This document shows positions 40,200 to 53,126 of a DNA stretch of 64,000 nucleotides, piece after piece. Numbering within the stretch: position 1 is the stretch's first letter; the number at the start of each line of letters is the position of its first letter. The stretch is from Octopus vulgaris. Its lineage: Eukaryota. A model generated the notes under the pieces. The model ran no database searches and was not told where the DNA came from. It saw only the letters and a program-made list of their open reading frames with translations. Location of the stretch: positions 158,410,001-158,474,000 of the forward strand of contig OX597814.1 of the NCBI GenBank assembly GCA_951406725.2. The letters are read 5' to 3'. A program made the position numbers and the translations under genes.

Positions 40200-41950
40200 A
40201 GAGTATCAAAAATTGAAGCAAACAAGAAAAGAAGTAAAAATAAAAAATAGGAAATAGGAAAACAAAAAGATATTTCAAATCAAAATTAAATTAATAACGA
40301 AATGATTCAATCATAAAAGAAAATGAGAGACAAATACTAAATAAAAATGGCATAACAAAAACAGTAAGTAGCCGAAAGCAAAGAATTCCTAAAACAAGAG
40401 ATCCTCGCTAAATTATAAAGAAAATTAACAATAATAGTATTTTTCTACAGGACAAACAGTGCGGCATCTACACAAAGAGTTTAAAGGTAAAAATATAATA
40501 GAACTGAGTACAACATCAACACAAGGGAGTCAGAAGAGTTTTAGAGAGAAGTATGGACAGCAAAGTAGTCTCAACAGTTGACTGCTTATATAAAGTAGTC
40601 CATATCTTAGAAAGAACAGAACACTGGGAGACACCCACTCGTAAACATTAAGATACCGAATTTCTGGTTTAAATATTTAACAGAGTCACATATGGAGCTC
40701 GGTGCGATATCTAATATGTAGAAGTAATTGGTGGAGACATTGGCTGGTTTACTGAGTGACTAAAAATTAAGAACACTAACAGTGATAAGAAAATCAAAGA
40801 AATTTATAAATTCTTAGAAATCAATAGATGAAACAGACTATAACACACACAAACGAAAGAAATGTTTAACAAGTAATATTACAGAGGGATTAGATTAATG
40901 CACAAAACAGAGCTAAATGCAAAAATCTAAGTAGTTGGCAACAAAACTCAGTAATACGTTCCATTCTTAACGTATCGCAAAATGAAACACCAAAAATAGA
41001 CAAAACAATTTCACATAAAAAAATTATATTTTGCATGGAAACATGTATATTGCAACTAAAAAACTTTTATAAAATATCTACTGTCTGATTATAGAAATAT
41101 CAAGTAAAAAGAAAAGCAATGGAAACCTAATGCAAATAACGCAAAAATATTATTTTCTGTCCTCGAAGAAGCCAACAGGAACAAAACGAACTGAAATTTA
41201 AGACAGTTGTCAGGATAAAAGAGAAACAAAAACAATTGTAAAAAGAATAAAACAAAGATTACAACTAATTTTTACAAGGCGCTACAGAAGATCCGGCTAA
41301 AAGGAAGGCAAGGAATGCCTCTACCTGGCCTGTACCTAAAAAGGTTGAAGAAGGCAGAGGCACAGAAAAACAAATCGTAAAAGTGGCAAAGTACAGGACA
41401 AAATCTTGAGACTGGAAGCGACAAATTCGTCGCATCAGAATCCACTAAGAAGTTATAATTAACAGAACACATCATGTAGCAAGTCATTTGGACGTTGGAA
41501 AGGAACTAAATTCATGAACCCTGGTTTCTTAGTTTTCTTAGGAAGGAATACATATAAAATTATGACAGGTTTAGGGTTTTCATATTCTGGAATTTATGTT
41601 AGTATCATGTTATAATAAGTGAAAATATGTGGTTTCAACATAGTCCAGAATAGGTCTCAAATAGTAGAAAAGGGACCGCTCCTTGGAATATATCAATATT
41701 CACAGACAAAGAGATCAAGACTGATCGTCGATTTTATTCTCAAAGACTAAGAAAGGGATCGATCACTCTTCACAGATGATAATATACCTCTCATAGAACT
41801 TGCAAACTTCCACATGTTTATATATGCGACAAATACTGGTCAGCTACGAGAAATGAGAAAATATTTTACAAAGTATACTGGCATAACCCATAGAATCAAA
41901 TATATACTGTGTAGAATTTTAGTTTAGGTGAAAAAGAAGTAGGCTAAGTA
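40200..41950 (+). mobile_element. Highly decayed R4/Dong-like LINE
   Basis: Scattered remnants in the expected order: YKFL, KTELNAK, KFVAS and WNISIFTDKEIKTDR. Confidence 0.55.
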
Positions 41951-42102
41951 ACTGCGACAGTGAAAAATTTATTTCAACATTGGCACAAAGAAAAATATCA
42001 ACTGAATATGCCAAGCAGTAATCTTCACTTGATGTATAAATATGAATGTCGAAGCAAATTTAAGTTCGTCAAATACGATTTGAGTGGATAACTTTAAGTC
42101 TT

Positions 42103-42103
<1 letters not shown>

Positions 42104-42173
<70 letters not shown>

Positions 42174-42176
42174 CAA

Positions 42177-42247
<71 letters not shown>

Positions 42248-42266
42248 GGAGGAGGAGGAGGAGGAG
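42104..42266. repeat. Compound trinucleotide microsatellite (AAT)n(GAT)n(GAG)n
   Basis: Directly visible. Many other (TA)n, (CA)n, (TATG)n, (TAGA)n and (CAT)n tracts occur across the window. Confidence 0.98.
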
Positions 42267-42866
42267 AAGGGGGGATAATAATGGTAATGATGATGATGAT
42301 AGAAGCATTTCCAGAGAGAATATTTCAAACAAAATTCAGAACAAAACAAAACGCAGAACAAAAAAATCTAAAATGGATTTTAAGTCAAATGTTTATAACA
42401 GGTGAATAATTTCAAAATAGTTTAGTGTTTCTTGATTTCACAGAGCTAGAGATTATTTCATTAAAAAAAACAATTAAAATACGCCTGTTACTTAAAGACA
42501 ACCACATGTACGTATTCACTGTCTGAGTATGACTACGCTAAAACCAGTGAGGAATCAAATAAACTACAAATACACTAAAATAAATCGAATCAGTGTATAT
42601 TGCAAATTGCATAGGAAAAGACTAGACTTTGAGTAAAAGAACTATGACACAGAAGCAAAAGGAAGAAAATTATTGGCAGCTACAAGACTTCGTCCTAATA
42701 TGTGCAAAAGAGTTTGCTCTGCTAAAGTTACTAAAGAGGCATGTAATAACGTTGAATCGGATATCGAATTACGTTTATTATGTAGGTACTAAGAATACAA
42801 TTTGTAAATGGACATGACATGCATTTAGAAACAAGAAAGCTTGTTCAACGACCTAATGTCACTCAG

Positions 42867-42897
<31 letters not shown>

Positions 42898-45800
42898 GCC
42901 ATCAGGAACGATTGTATTAATTAAATTTGGCGGGCGGGGGTGATTATAATTTATTAGCTCGTGTCAGACACGTTCATTATATGCTTGGTAAAATCTATCG
43001 TAATTATAGTTAATAATAATGGATAACAACAGACGTTGCAGACGTCGTTGCTATTGTTTAAGTTCTGGTCAACTGATTGTACCAATGAGCAAATGCATTC
43101 TATCCATGACCAACTCACCCGTTTCCCGATCATTGCATATCTGGAGTTGTAATATCCAATGTTTTCCTTCTTTTGAAAATGGCAAGGCGTAATTTACAGG
43201 AAATTTGGCTGCTATTTCTTGCAGATACGGTGTATCTCAGCTCGTTGCATTTTATATTCCTTTTATTGGACATTTTTTTCAATATTTCTAACAATTATTT
43301 TTTTAGTATTCGAAACTCCTAGCAAATTCTTCTAAATCATATTCACAGTAATACTGAGAATAATTTTGTTTTTCTTAGCCCCAGCACCGCTGCTATGTTG
43401 GTCCTAAAAAGTATTAAAACAACTAGTATATGCTGGAGAGATTCTCATTATTCCCATTAGCATACACTACAATGATGCAGGTTCAAGGGGAGCCTCCAGT
43501 AATTAGAAAACTGATGCTGAAGACGAGCAACGGTAATGTTACTTGCAGAATGTTCTAATGCGCTTACGCGAATGCGAATGTTGTTATATTTAATTATTTC
43601 TAAGTTTTCAAGTACAGAATGACACAAGTGATTCTCGGATAGTTCTGACTAAACAGAGACTGTACAAGCTCTCCCTGAAAAAGGACGAAAATTTTATGCG
43701 TATGAATATACTCGTATAACTTTAGTGCTTACCATTGAAATATTAAATAAGTAGATCGGTAATTGAGTCAGAATGTTTAATGTTTTCGTAACGAGGCAAA
43801 TTCTTATATACAGAATGATATTGAAGAGTTTGGCAAGAATAATTTATAACTCTTGAGCGCAGTATTTAGAGGTATTTAGATTCCATCAGCACAGATCGGT
43901 TGGTTAATTTGACGCGATCTGATGAGCTTTTACGTGTGTAAACACTATTTTTGAGGATGTATGCAGTACATACAGTTCTAAACAAAATGGGCAACAATTA
44001 TGGAATATTTTTGTGGGAGTGCTACAGAAGAGGTGGATAAGAGGGTTTAAGTTATTTGGGAGCCTTGTGGAAAGAGACCAAAAGGCTTTATTAGAATATG
44101 GTATGTTGGAAAGGAAGTTGTAGACTGTACAAAGCATAGATACATCTTTTGTCTTTCTAGTAGAATAGCAATTTCTCAAGCACTGCAGAAATGGGCATAA
44201 ATCACTTAATTGCTAGTAGTGTTATACTTCTCCCTGCAGCATAGTTGGGGATGAATGATTTTCTTTTGCACTAGCTAGATAACCAGCGGGTGTGATGCCT
44301 AGGTAATGATTTTCATCATTTGCCTAGCTCTCTCAGATGGAAGGGAAACAATTGTAGACAATTGTAGTTACAATAGAACCGGTGAGTCTTTGAATCTAAA
44401 GTACCGGAGTTTTCAAATGACTAGCAAGGTGTATGGTATGAAATTTTCATGGTATATGGTATTGTTTTGACAATAAACTCAATCACGCACTAAGATCATA
44501 GATGGTGTGGAAAAAACAATCATAGACACAGGCTAATATCCTCTTTATTTCCTCTTCTTTCTTTGCATATTTGCATCTTAACTGAAACCTAAATTTTTTA
44601 CACCGTACGTGCATTACAATTATGATGTAGAGATATTGTTTCTGTTTCATATATACTCTTCGGTGTATCTTTGTATGGTTCAAATTGTGATTTTGATTTA
44701 AGTTTAAATAAGGAACTTAGGTTATTCGTTGTAACTAGATTTAGTTTCATTCCAGAGTCTGTTGCGGTGCTTCGAATTAATATACTTCAGTCTTAATATT
44801 AGAGTAAGATTTTTGCATCTGAGAGTTACAAATTGTTCCAATATCTTCAATTGATTCCAAGATATCGCCTCTTGATTCTTATAAATTTTCATCGACTTAC
44901 CATTTTTCTTGCAATCTTTACTGTTTGCGTATCATTCTGGCCAATCACCCTATCCTAAGCATCATTTTATTAGCAGTTTATGAATCTCATTAACATCGCT
45001 GCTACATGATGATGTCAATATAGATATTGGATTTTAAAGTTTTCTTCTGTAAATTAACCTACGTACTTTGTTTCATTTCAGGTTCTCTGTACTACTCTAC
45101 TATAACCATAAAGCGCTCATGAATATATAATGTGGTTTGATTTTTTAAAAATTTAACAATAATTTAAACCCGAATTGTTTCCTTAACATTTCTTTCATCA
45201 GCCTCTCTCTAACCGGTTTATTTATAATACATTTTCTTTTGTTTCCTGTAATACTTCGTTATCTTGTAATAGCATCGCATCACTTTTTTTTCTATTTTCT
45301 CTCTTTTAATTAACGATATACTGCGTAACGTAATCCATAAGTTCATCCGTCTTAATTAAATCCATGAATGTTTTTATTAAAGATCTATTTGATCTTAGTT
45401 CTTAGCAGCAAATTGAAAGATTTGTTACTTAATTTTTTTTTCTTACGTCTATCCTTTAACATGCGTAGTACCATTGCTGACAACATCATATATATCATAA
45501 AAGCAATGGTTCGAAAATCTGTATATTATTCTTAATTCTTGGTAAATATTCATCAGTTTAATTTCGGAAGATTTCTGCTACTTTCCTACGTGTTTTATTA
45601 CAATGCCTACAATAAACATTCTATATTAGCATTTCTTACTAAATATTCAAATATCCTGGAATGTAACGCCATATCATACAACATTTAATAATTGTTTTGC
45701 ATGTAGCTAACCAAAATAATTTATCTAATCTGAGTATTAGTAGTCAATTCGTAGATTCTATAATAGCAGCTGAACGCTCCCGCTGTTCTGTTGGTATTAT

Positions 45801-47006
45801 GAACTATATTTCCATTCACATCGAGTTTTCTGTTTAAATGCCTAATTATAACGATTGACTATATGATTAATTAATCATCACATGCCAAATGAGTAAAGCT
45901 TTCTCTCTCTACCCCACTGTGATTTTGCTAAGAACGTTTTTGTTGTGCTTTGAGCTCAGATTACATGTACTCTCCATGCTTGTGCAATACTGCATTTCTT
46001 CCAATGAAATCACAGCATGACAGGAAAGTGTAACGAAAATAGTGACAGTAAAATGAGAAAAAAGACGAAGCTGTAAAATAAGGGGATTATATGTTTTATT
46101 AATCCTAGCGATTACAAATTAACCTACTTCGTAAACCTGTCAGAGTAAATGACGCCAAGCTTGCGAATAACAACACAAATAATAGCGTTTGCAACGACAG
46201 TAACTATACAGGGAGTCATCTAACAGATATCTTCAAATAGCATTTAGAAAGATGTGTATGGATAGAATGAAAAGTCTAAAATAATATTAGAATTCTCTAG
46301 AAAATATATCGCAAATATTTTCCTGTAAAATCGAACTTATCATTAATCTAAAAAGCAAGTATCCTACCCACGGAAATTAACATCCGGACAATCTCCCTTG
46401 GTAATGATATACTCGAAATTGCAGAGGAGTTCACATATTATAGTAATCCTGCCTGAAATAGTTTACATGTTTAGCTTAAGTAGCACAACGATATATGATC
46501 AGTTACTATAATTTGTTTGTGCAGTAAAGCTTATCATTACTGTTAAGCATCTCATTATAAAGCGATAAGATTTTGACACTATACGCTGGCACCTTTATTT
46601 TCACATTTACAGTTTCTGAAGTTTTTTTATTTCGTTTCAGATAACCATAATTTATATAATCTGTCTAACAATAATTAATTCTTGGCTTTCTTTGTACTCG
46701 TTAGCAATTACCGGTAGGTTTTTGTCTACTTACTCCAGTAAGGAGATAAGGTTTGTTCTTTGTTTCTCCACCTTGAAGGAAAATCTCAATTAATTGAGAA
46801 TACCTTGCGTACATCATGCGGTACACTGCTCTTTAACTTATTTACCGAAGTTATTTTCCTCAAAGCATGCAAAATAAATTTGGCAGAATTAATACCGAAT
46901 ATTTTTAATTTATGCAGTATTGCTTTGGTCAAATGATACAATGCCTGTCATGTCTACAAATGATGTGATGATTGTGTCCGTTGGGCAGCTTTCCAATTTT
47001 CGGTAA

Positions 47007-47170
47007 AAGGCGGCGATCTGGCAGAACCGTTAGCACGCCAGGGGAGATGCTTAGCGTTATTTTGTCTGCCTTTTCGTTCTAGTTTCAAATTTCGTTGACA
47101 TCGACTTAGTCTTTCATCCTTTCGGGGACGATGAAATAAGTAGCAATTAACAATGATGTCAATGTAACCC
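47007..47170 (+). mobile_element. SINE with Nin-domain-like centre
   Basis: GGCGGCGATCTGGCAGAACCGTTAGCACGCC...CTTTCATCCTTTCGGGGACGATGAAATAAGTA. Confidence 0.8.
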
Positions 47171-47261
47171 TTCCTCTAATTTTACATACTTTTGAATAGA
47201 TGTGACAATGATAGCTGCCTTAGGCAGTCGCTGATCTATGTATCTATCTACACACACACAC

Positions 47262-47322
<61 letters not shown>

Positions 47323-47544
47323 TATTCCTTATGCAGAGTTTCAGTACCACCTATACTTCCATCTTAGAAGTATCATCGCATCTGATGTGGCTTTTAATAC
47401 CAGACGGTGTTTTGAAAAGATACCCACATAGATTGCATATCCGATTTGGACCACCAAGAGATGCAGTTAAGTTCTGATCTTTATGGATCTTAAATGTCTT
47501 TCGAGGCCTCTGTTAAACATAAGTGTATCTATCTATCCGTCTAT

Positions 47545-47582
<38 letters not shown>

Positions 47583-47585
47583 ATA

Positions 47586-47650
<65 letters not shown>

Positions 47651-48300
47651 GGGTACAGGACGTTACCAACTGTGTAAACAACATGAAATACGAAATTAAA
47701 TTAGTTAAACACGCAAACAAAGAGAAAAAAGAAAACTGGAAACAGGACAAGTAAATACAAAGAACGACTATTCATCAGTTGTCCGCTCTCAATTTACTCC
47801 TCATTTCGAACATTCAGCAATATGAGTCTTTAAAGACAGTTGCTCTCATAAATTAAAAAATAAAATTTTGGATATATGGAGAGTCAAACTTGGGAGCAAA
47901 ATCAGGACGGTGGAGCTATACTAGGAAGCCGAACAAAAACAAACATGGAGGGTTGTTAGACCAAAAAGAGAGGAAAGTAATGAACACTGGGAGAAATATT
48001 TTCTTTGAAAAGAGAAAAAATAGAAGATAGAAGAAGAAAACATCCAGTCCTTTGGACGTCGTGCAGGAAAAGAAAGGTGGGCGATGGTCACGTGTGAGCA
48101 AGAAGAGAGACAACAAGAGAAAAAGGAAGAGAGAGAGAGTGAAACAGAGCGAAATCGGTGAAAGAGAGAGGGAGAGGAAAGGGAATTAAAGAAGGACAGA
48201 GGAAGAAAACATTATAGAGTAGAGTCGCATCAAAAATTTTAAGATAAACTTACTTGGAAATGGATGCGTAGCGTTCAATTAAATAAATATAATATAAATA

Positions 48301-48389
<89 letters not shown>

Positions 48390-48392
48390 AAG

Positions 48393-48427
<35 letters not shown>

Positions 48428-48428
48428 C

Positions 48429-48459
<31 letters not shown>

Positions 48460-48464
48460 AAGAG

Positions 48465-48529
<65 letters not shown>

Positions 48530-49169
48530 CTATTTCTCCCACCGTTCACTACTCATGTTCTCGTCTAACGACCCTGTATGTTTCTTTTCATTCGGTTTCG
48601 TTGCATGTCTCCACTGTCCTGTTTCTGTTCCCAATTTTGGTCCGTTATAAATCCCCAATTTTTTTTTTGGGGGGGGGGGGGAATTTATGGGAGCAACTGT
48701 TCTTGATGACTCATATCGTCATTGAATGCTTAAAATGAGGAGAAGAAAGACAGCCGACAACTCTGCTTACTTGTCCTGTTTTCCCTTTATCTCTCGTTGT
48801 TTGCGTATTTAACGCGTTTGTTTTCATACTTCATGTTGTTTACACAATTGGTGACGTCCTGTACCCATATATGAAAGAGAAAAGATAGAAGGGAGAGACA
48901 GAAATTGTCCAATCCTTTGAACGTCTGTGAAGGAAAAGAAAGATGGTCACGAGATGAAAAGAAAGATGGATGATGGTAACGTGTGAGCAACGAGAGAGTG
49001 AAAAAGAGAAAGAGGGGAGAAAGAGGCAGATAGAAAACAATGAAATAGGGAAGGGAAGAAAATTAATCAAAGAAGGAGGGTGAAGAAAACAGTGTATAGT
49101 AGAGTCGCATCAAAAAGGTTACTTAGAAATGGATGAGTGGCGTTCAGTAAAATAAATATAATGTAAATG

Positions 49170-49226
<57 letters not shown>

Positions 49227-49630
49227 CATATATGTATACATGAGTTCACCAACTGTTTAAACAACATGAAATACGACAACAAACGAGTTATATACCTAAA
49301 CAACGAGAGAAAAAAATGGAAAACAGGACAAGTAAACACAGAGGCGACCCTTTGTCAGTCGTCTGCTGTCTATCTGCTCTCCACTTCAAGCATTCAACGA
49401 CAATACGAGTCATCAAAGATAGTTGCTCCTATAAATTCTAAAATACAATTTAGCATCTATGAAGGCTCAAAGTAGGAAACAAAAATAGGGCATTGGAAGC
49501 GAAAAAGGAAACCGAACGAAAATGAACACGTATTTAGTTGTTCTGTTTTCCGTTTTTTCTCTCGCTGTTTGCATATTTAACTCGTTTGTTTTCGTATTTC
49601 ATGTTGTTTACACAGTTGGTGACGTCCTCC
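47651..49630. mobile_element. Cluster of direct and inverted copies of one non-coding repeat (probable PLE terminal repeat or retrozyme-like element)
   Basis: 47651-48300, 48866-49165 and 49225-49530 are in one orientation; 48533-48865 and 49540-49630 are inverted. Shared terminus GGGTACAGGACGTYACCAA.TGTGTAAACAACATGAA. A further copy lies at 61040-61160. Confidence 0.8.
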
Positions 49631-50440
49631 CTATATATATTATTTATATACAGTATATATGGTTCAGTATAATATATTTGAAAAATGATTAGAGATGGTC
49701 TCTGGTGTGATCATTTTTATTTTAATGATAATGTTTACCAGTTACTATTGTGAGCTTTGAGCTTTTCGATGGCCGTTTTGAAACTGAAATTCTTTGGATT
49801 AGAATGTTGTTTATATAGCAAAAGATTTTTTTCTTACAAGTATACAAATCTAAAATAAAAATAGAAAATAAAAGATAGAAAAAATACAAAATAAAGAGTA
49901 TAAAAACAAATATAATAAATAATATAAAAAATAAATAAAAAATACAAAAAATAAATACAATAGCATGTGTGAAAAAGGAAGGAAGAAGAAAAGAGGAAGT
50001 AAAATGAATAAAAGAAAAAGAAAGAGCAAAATTTGGAAGGTAAGAAGTCAAAAAGTAGCTGAAAATGATAGCGAAAGAGATTAGTCTATCAGGAATAAAG
50101 AAATGGAATATTTTTAGGATTGGTCAAAAATGTTATTGAGTTCTTGTCAAAAGGTGACCTTTGTGAATCTTTTGATCTGAGTTTATTCTATACTTTTTTA
50201 CAGTTGGTATGGTGTGCCCTTATTTAATCACATACACACATACATATAGACATACGCATAAGCATACATACACATAATCCACACATTTACAACAGCGTTT
50301 ATACATACATCCACACACACAAACACTCACTTTCACACCTGCATCTACGTATACACATACATTCGCACACGCACACGCACATTCATATATCCATATGTAC
50401 ACACACATATATATACACATATATAACCCCCCCCCCCCAT

Positions 50441-50524
<84 letters not shown>

Positions 50525-50527
<3 letters not shown>

Positions 50528-50925
50528 CGGGAAGCTTTATGAAAATAGACAAAAGACGAAGGCAGGTGGAAAACAAACAAACAATTGTATTAGTATGGCG
50601 CTCAGGAAATATAAATGAAACAAGTCTTTAACGTTTCGAGCCTACGCTCTTCAACAGAAAGATACACAGAAAGAAAAAAACACAGAAAGAAGGAGAGAAA
50701 AAAATGCGTGCAGTAACTAACGAACCAACATGGCGATCTGATTTCGGCCAGAAGTCAAAGATCAAACATGAGACGCGAGAGCGAAATTAGGGGAGATAAT
50801 AGGGTTGAGTGACCAGCTCCAACATAAGGGTGTGTGTGTGTGTGTGTGTGTATGAGAGAGTATTAGTGCGTATGAGAGGTCTGGACGTGTGTATGTATAG
50901 GGTTGGTGTATGTATTAGTATGTAT

Positions 50926-50960
<35 letters not shown>

Positions 50961-51450
50961 AGAGAGTATTAGTGCGTATGAGAGGTCTGAGAGAGAGGAG
51001 GGGGGAGGGGAGGAGGAAGGAGGAAAGAGGGAGAGGGGGAGAGAGAAGGGGAGAGAGAAGGGGAGTGAGGGAGCAGACGGAAGGGGAAGAGGGAAGGAGG
51101 GAGGGAGGGAGAAAGAGGGAAGAAGAGAAGGGGAGTAGGGATGAAAGGATGAAGGACTGAAGAAGTAGGATCGGGGGGAAGGTAGGTGAGGAGGGGGGGG
51201 GGGAGGGGGGTAAGATGAGGAGGGGTGGGGAGTTGAGACCAAATGGCGTATAAGAGCGAAGAGAGAAGATTAATTCCTGTTCACGGCGCAAACGGGAATC
51301 CGGATGGCCTCTGTGTAAGGACAAACCGAACACAGATAGGTGTTGCAAGGAGTGACCGGTGGAGCGGAAATGGCGAGAGACCGGTGTGTCGTTCGCAAGG
51401 TGGATGTCACGAAGGTGTTCCGCGAACCGGTCAGCCAAGCGGCGTCACGT
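50525..51450 (-). mobile_element. 5'-truncated Penelope-like element (Neptune-like GIY-YIG C-terminus, pyrimidine tract, terminal repeat with HHR)
   Basis: RRLADRFAEHLRDI...PVSRHF...H...R..REQELIFSL....PFGLN. Internal tandem duplication at 50824-50990; flanked by (TA)n. Confidence 0.9.
50625..50662 (-). ncRNA. Minimal type I hammerhead-like motif (core CUGUUGA)
   Basis: TCTTT-CTGTTGA-A-GAGC GTAG GCTC-GAAA-CG-TT-AAAGA. Perfect stems I and II; palindromic ACGT stem III. Confidence 0.7.
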
Positions 51451-51649
51451 TTGTACATATATACACACATATATTCAGAGATACATGCATATATATATAT
51501 GTGTAACCATGCATATGTGTTCACACATACACACATGACAGGGTGTACATCTCTACAAACCTATATCCCTATATTTTTATGTAAATATACATACTTACAT
51601 ATCTGCATACACATATATACATATATACACACACCTGTAGCTAGCATTT

Positions 51650-51990
51650 TTTTAAATGTGGAAAAAGAAAATTCAAAATATTCTTTTTCTTCAAACTGAG
51701 GATAGAAAAGGAAAATTTTCGTAAGGCCAAGGAAGAATATTTTATTCGAAAATATGAATTGAATTGCACTAGTTTCAGCTCACGAACTGTGACCATGCTG
51801 GTGTACACCACTTGATTTTACGACATACACATTTCTTACTTCGCTAAAAAAAATTTTCTTAAAACTTGACATTTGATTCATGAGAGAATCTGACACCGTT
51901 GCCTTCTCTTGCACTTTTTGCTGTGAAGTTAAATTCATCTAGGATCCTTGAGAAGAAAAGATCTAATCCTGTGGGGTTTTTTTTTTACAC
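51650..51990 (+). mobile_element. Possible 3' fragment of another Penelope-like element
   Basis: KFKIFFFFKLRIEKENFRKAKEEYFIRKYELN resembles a PLE GIY-YIG C-terminus (R..E..I....LN). Confidence 0.45.
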
Positions 51991-53085
51991 TTACGTTCAC
52001 CTGATATCAATATAACTCTTTTTTGTACTAATGTACGCATGTACATATATGTGCGGAAACATCTATAGGTTGTGTATTTATTTATATATGTGTGTGCAGG
52101 TATGTAAGTATGTATATTTACACAAAAAAAATATAGGGATATAAATTTGTATAGATGTACACCCTGTTATGTGTGTATGTGTGAACACGTATGCATGTGT
52201 ACACATATATATGTTTGTATGTGTAATTATATTATGTGCATGCGTGTGTACAAATATATGTATATGTGTGTATAGGGGTGTGATTATATGTGTGTGTATA
52301 TGTGTGTGTGTGTACGTATGGATATTTATGTATACACGTCTCCATGTGTATGTATATGAATGTGTGTGGGGTGTATGTGCGAATGTATGTGTATATATGT
52401 GAGTACATAGATGCAGGTGTGTAAGTGTGTGTGTATGTGTGTATTATGTATGTATGTATAGACGCGTGTTTAGAAGTCTGGATGTATACGTATGTATGTG
52501 TATGTGGATGTATGTATATGTGTGTGTATGTAACTAAACAAGGGTACACCATACCAACTGTAAAAAATGAATAAAATGACCGCAAGTGAAAAGATTTACA
52601 AAGGTCATCTGTTGACAAGAACTCAACAACATTTTAACCACTCTTAAAAATATTCCATTTCTTTATTCCTAATCTCTTTTCACGGCCATTTTCGACTACT
52701 TTTTCTTTTTCCTTTTTTTCTTCTTTTTCTCTTCTTTTTTTCACGAATGCTGTTGTATTTACTTTCTGTATTCTCATATTTTTTATTATTTTTATATTAG
52801 TTTATTTTGTATTTTTCTTTCTTTTAACTCCTATTTTATTCTTTATTTGTATACTCCTTTACTCCTTTACTTGTTTCAGTCATTTGACTGTGGCCATGTA
52901 TACATGTAAAAATGTAAACATGTAAAAAATCTATTTGTATATTAAAAAAAAACCTTCTAAACCACAGAATTTCAGTTTGAAAACAACTAGCGGTAAGATC
53001 TAAACTCATTAGAGTAACTGTAAACATTATCATAAAACTAAAAATAACCCCACACACACACACAAAAAGCCATCTCTACTCATTT

Positions 53086-53123
<38 letters not shown>

Positions 53124-53126
<3 letters not shown>

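Larger units (their letters stand above)
49715..53045. repeat. Large old inverted repeat (foldback) with nested insertions
   Basis: 49715-50440 plus 51455-51630 match the reverse complement of 52070-53045, e.g. TTACAGTTGGTATGGTGTGCCCTT vs AAGGGTACACCATACCAACTGTAA and ACAGGGTGTACATCT vs AGATGTACACCCTGT. Confidence 0.8.

Noticed and set aside
44273-44285. 13-nt match AGCTAGATAACCA complementary to part of miR-9
   Set aside because: The seed region does not match and there is no precursor hairpin; consistent with chance.
50824-50990. Repeat-spacer-repeat pattern
   Set aside because: Only two units built around (GT)n within a retroelement UTR in eukaryotic DNA; not a CRISPR array.
52600-52665. 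CTGTTGA-C-AAGA...TCTT-AAAA motif in the foldback arm
   Set aside because: No GAAA, no stem I, and the other arm does not preserve the core.
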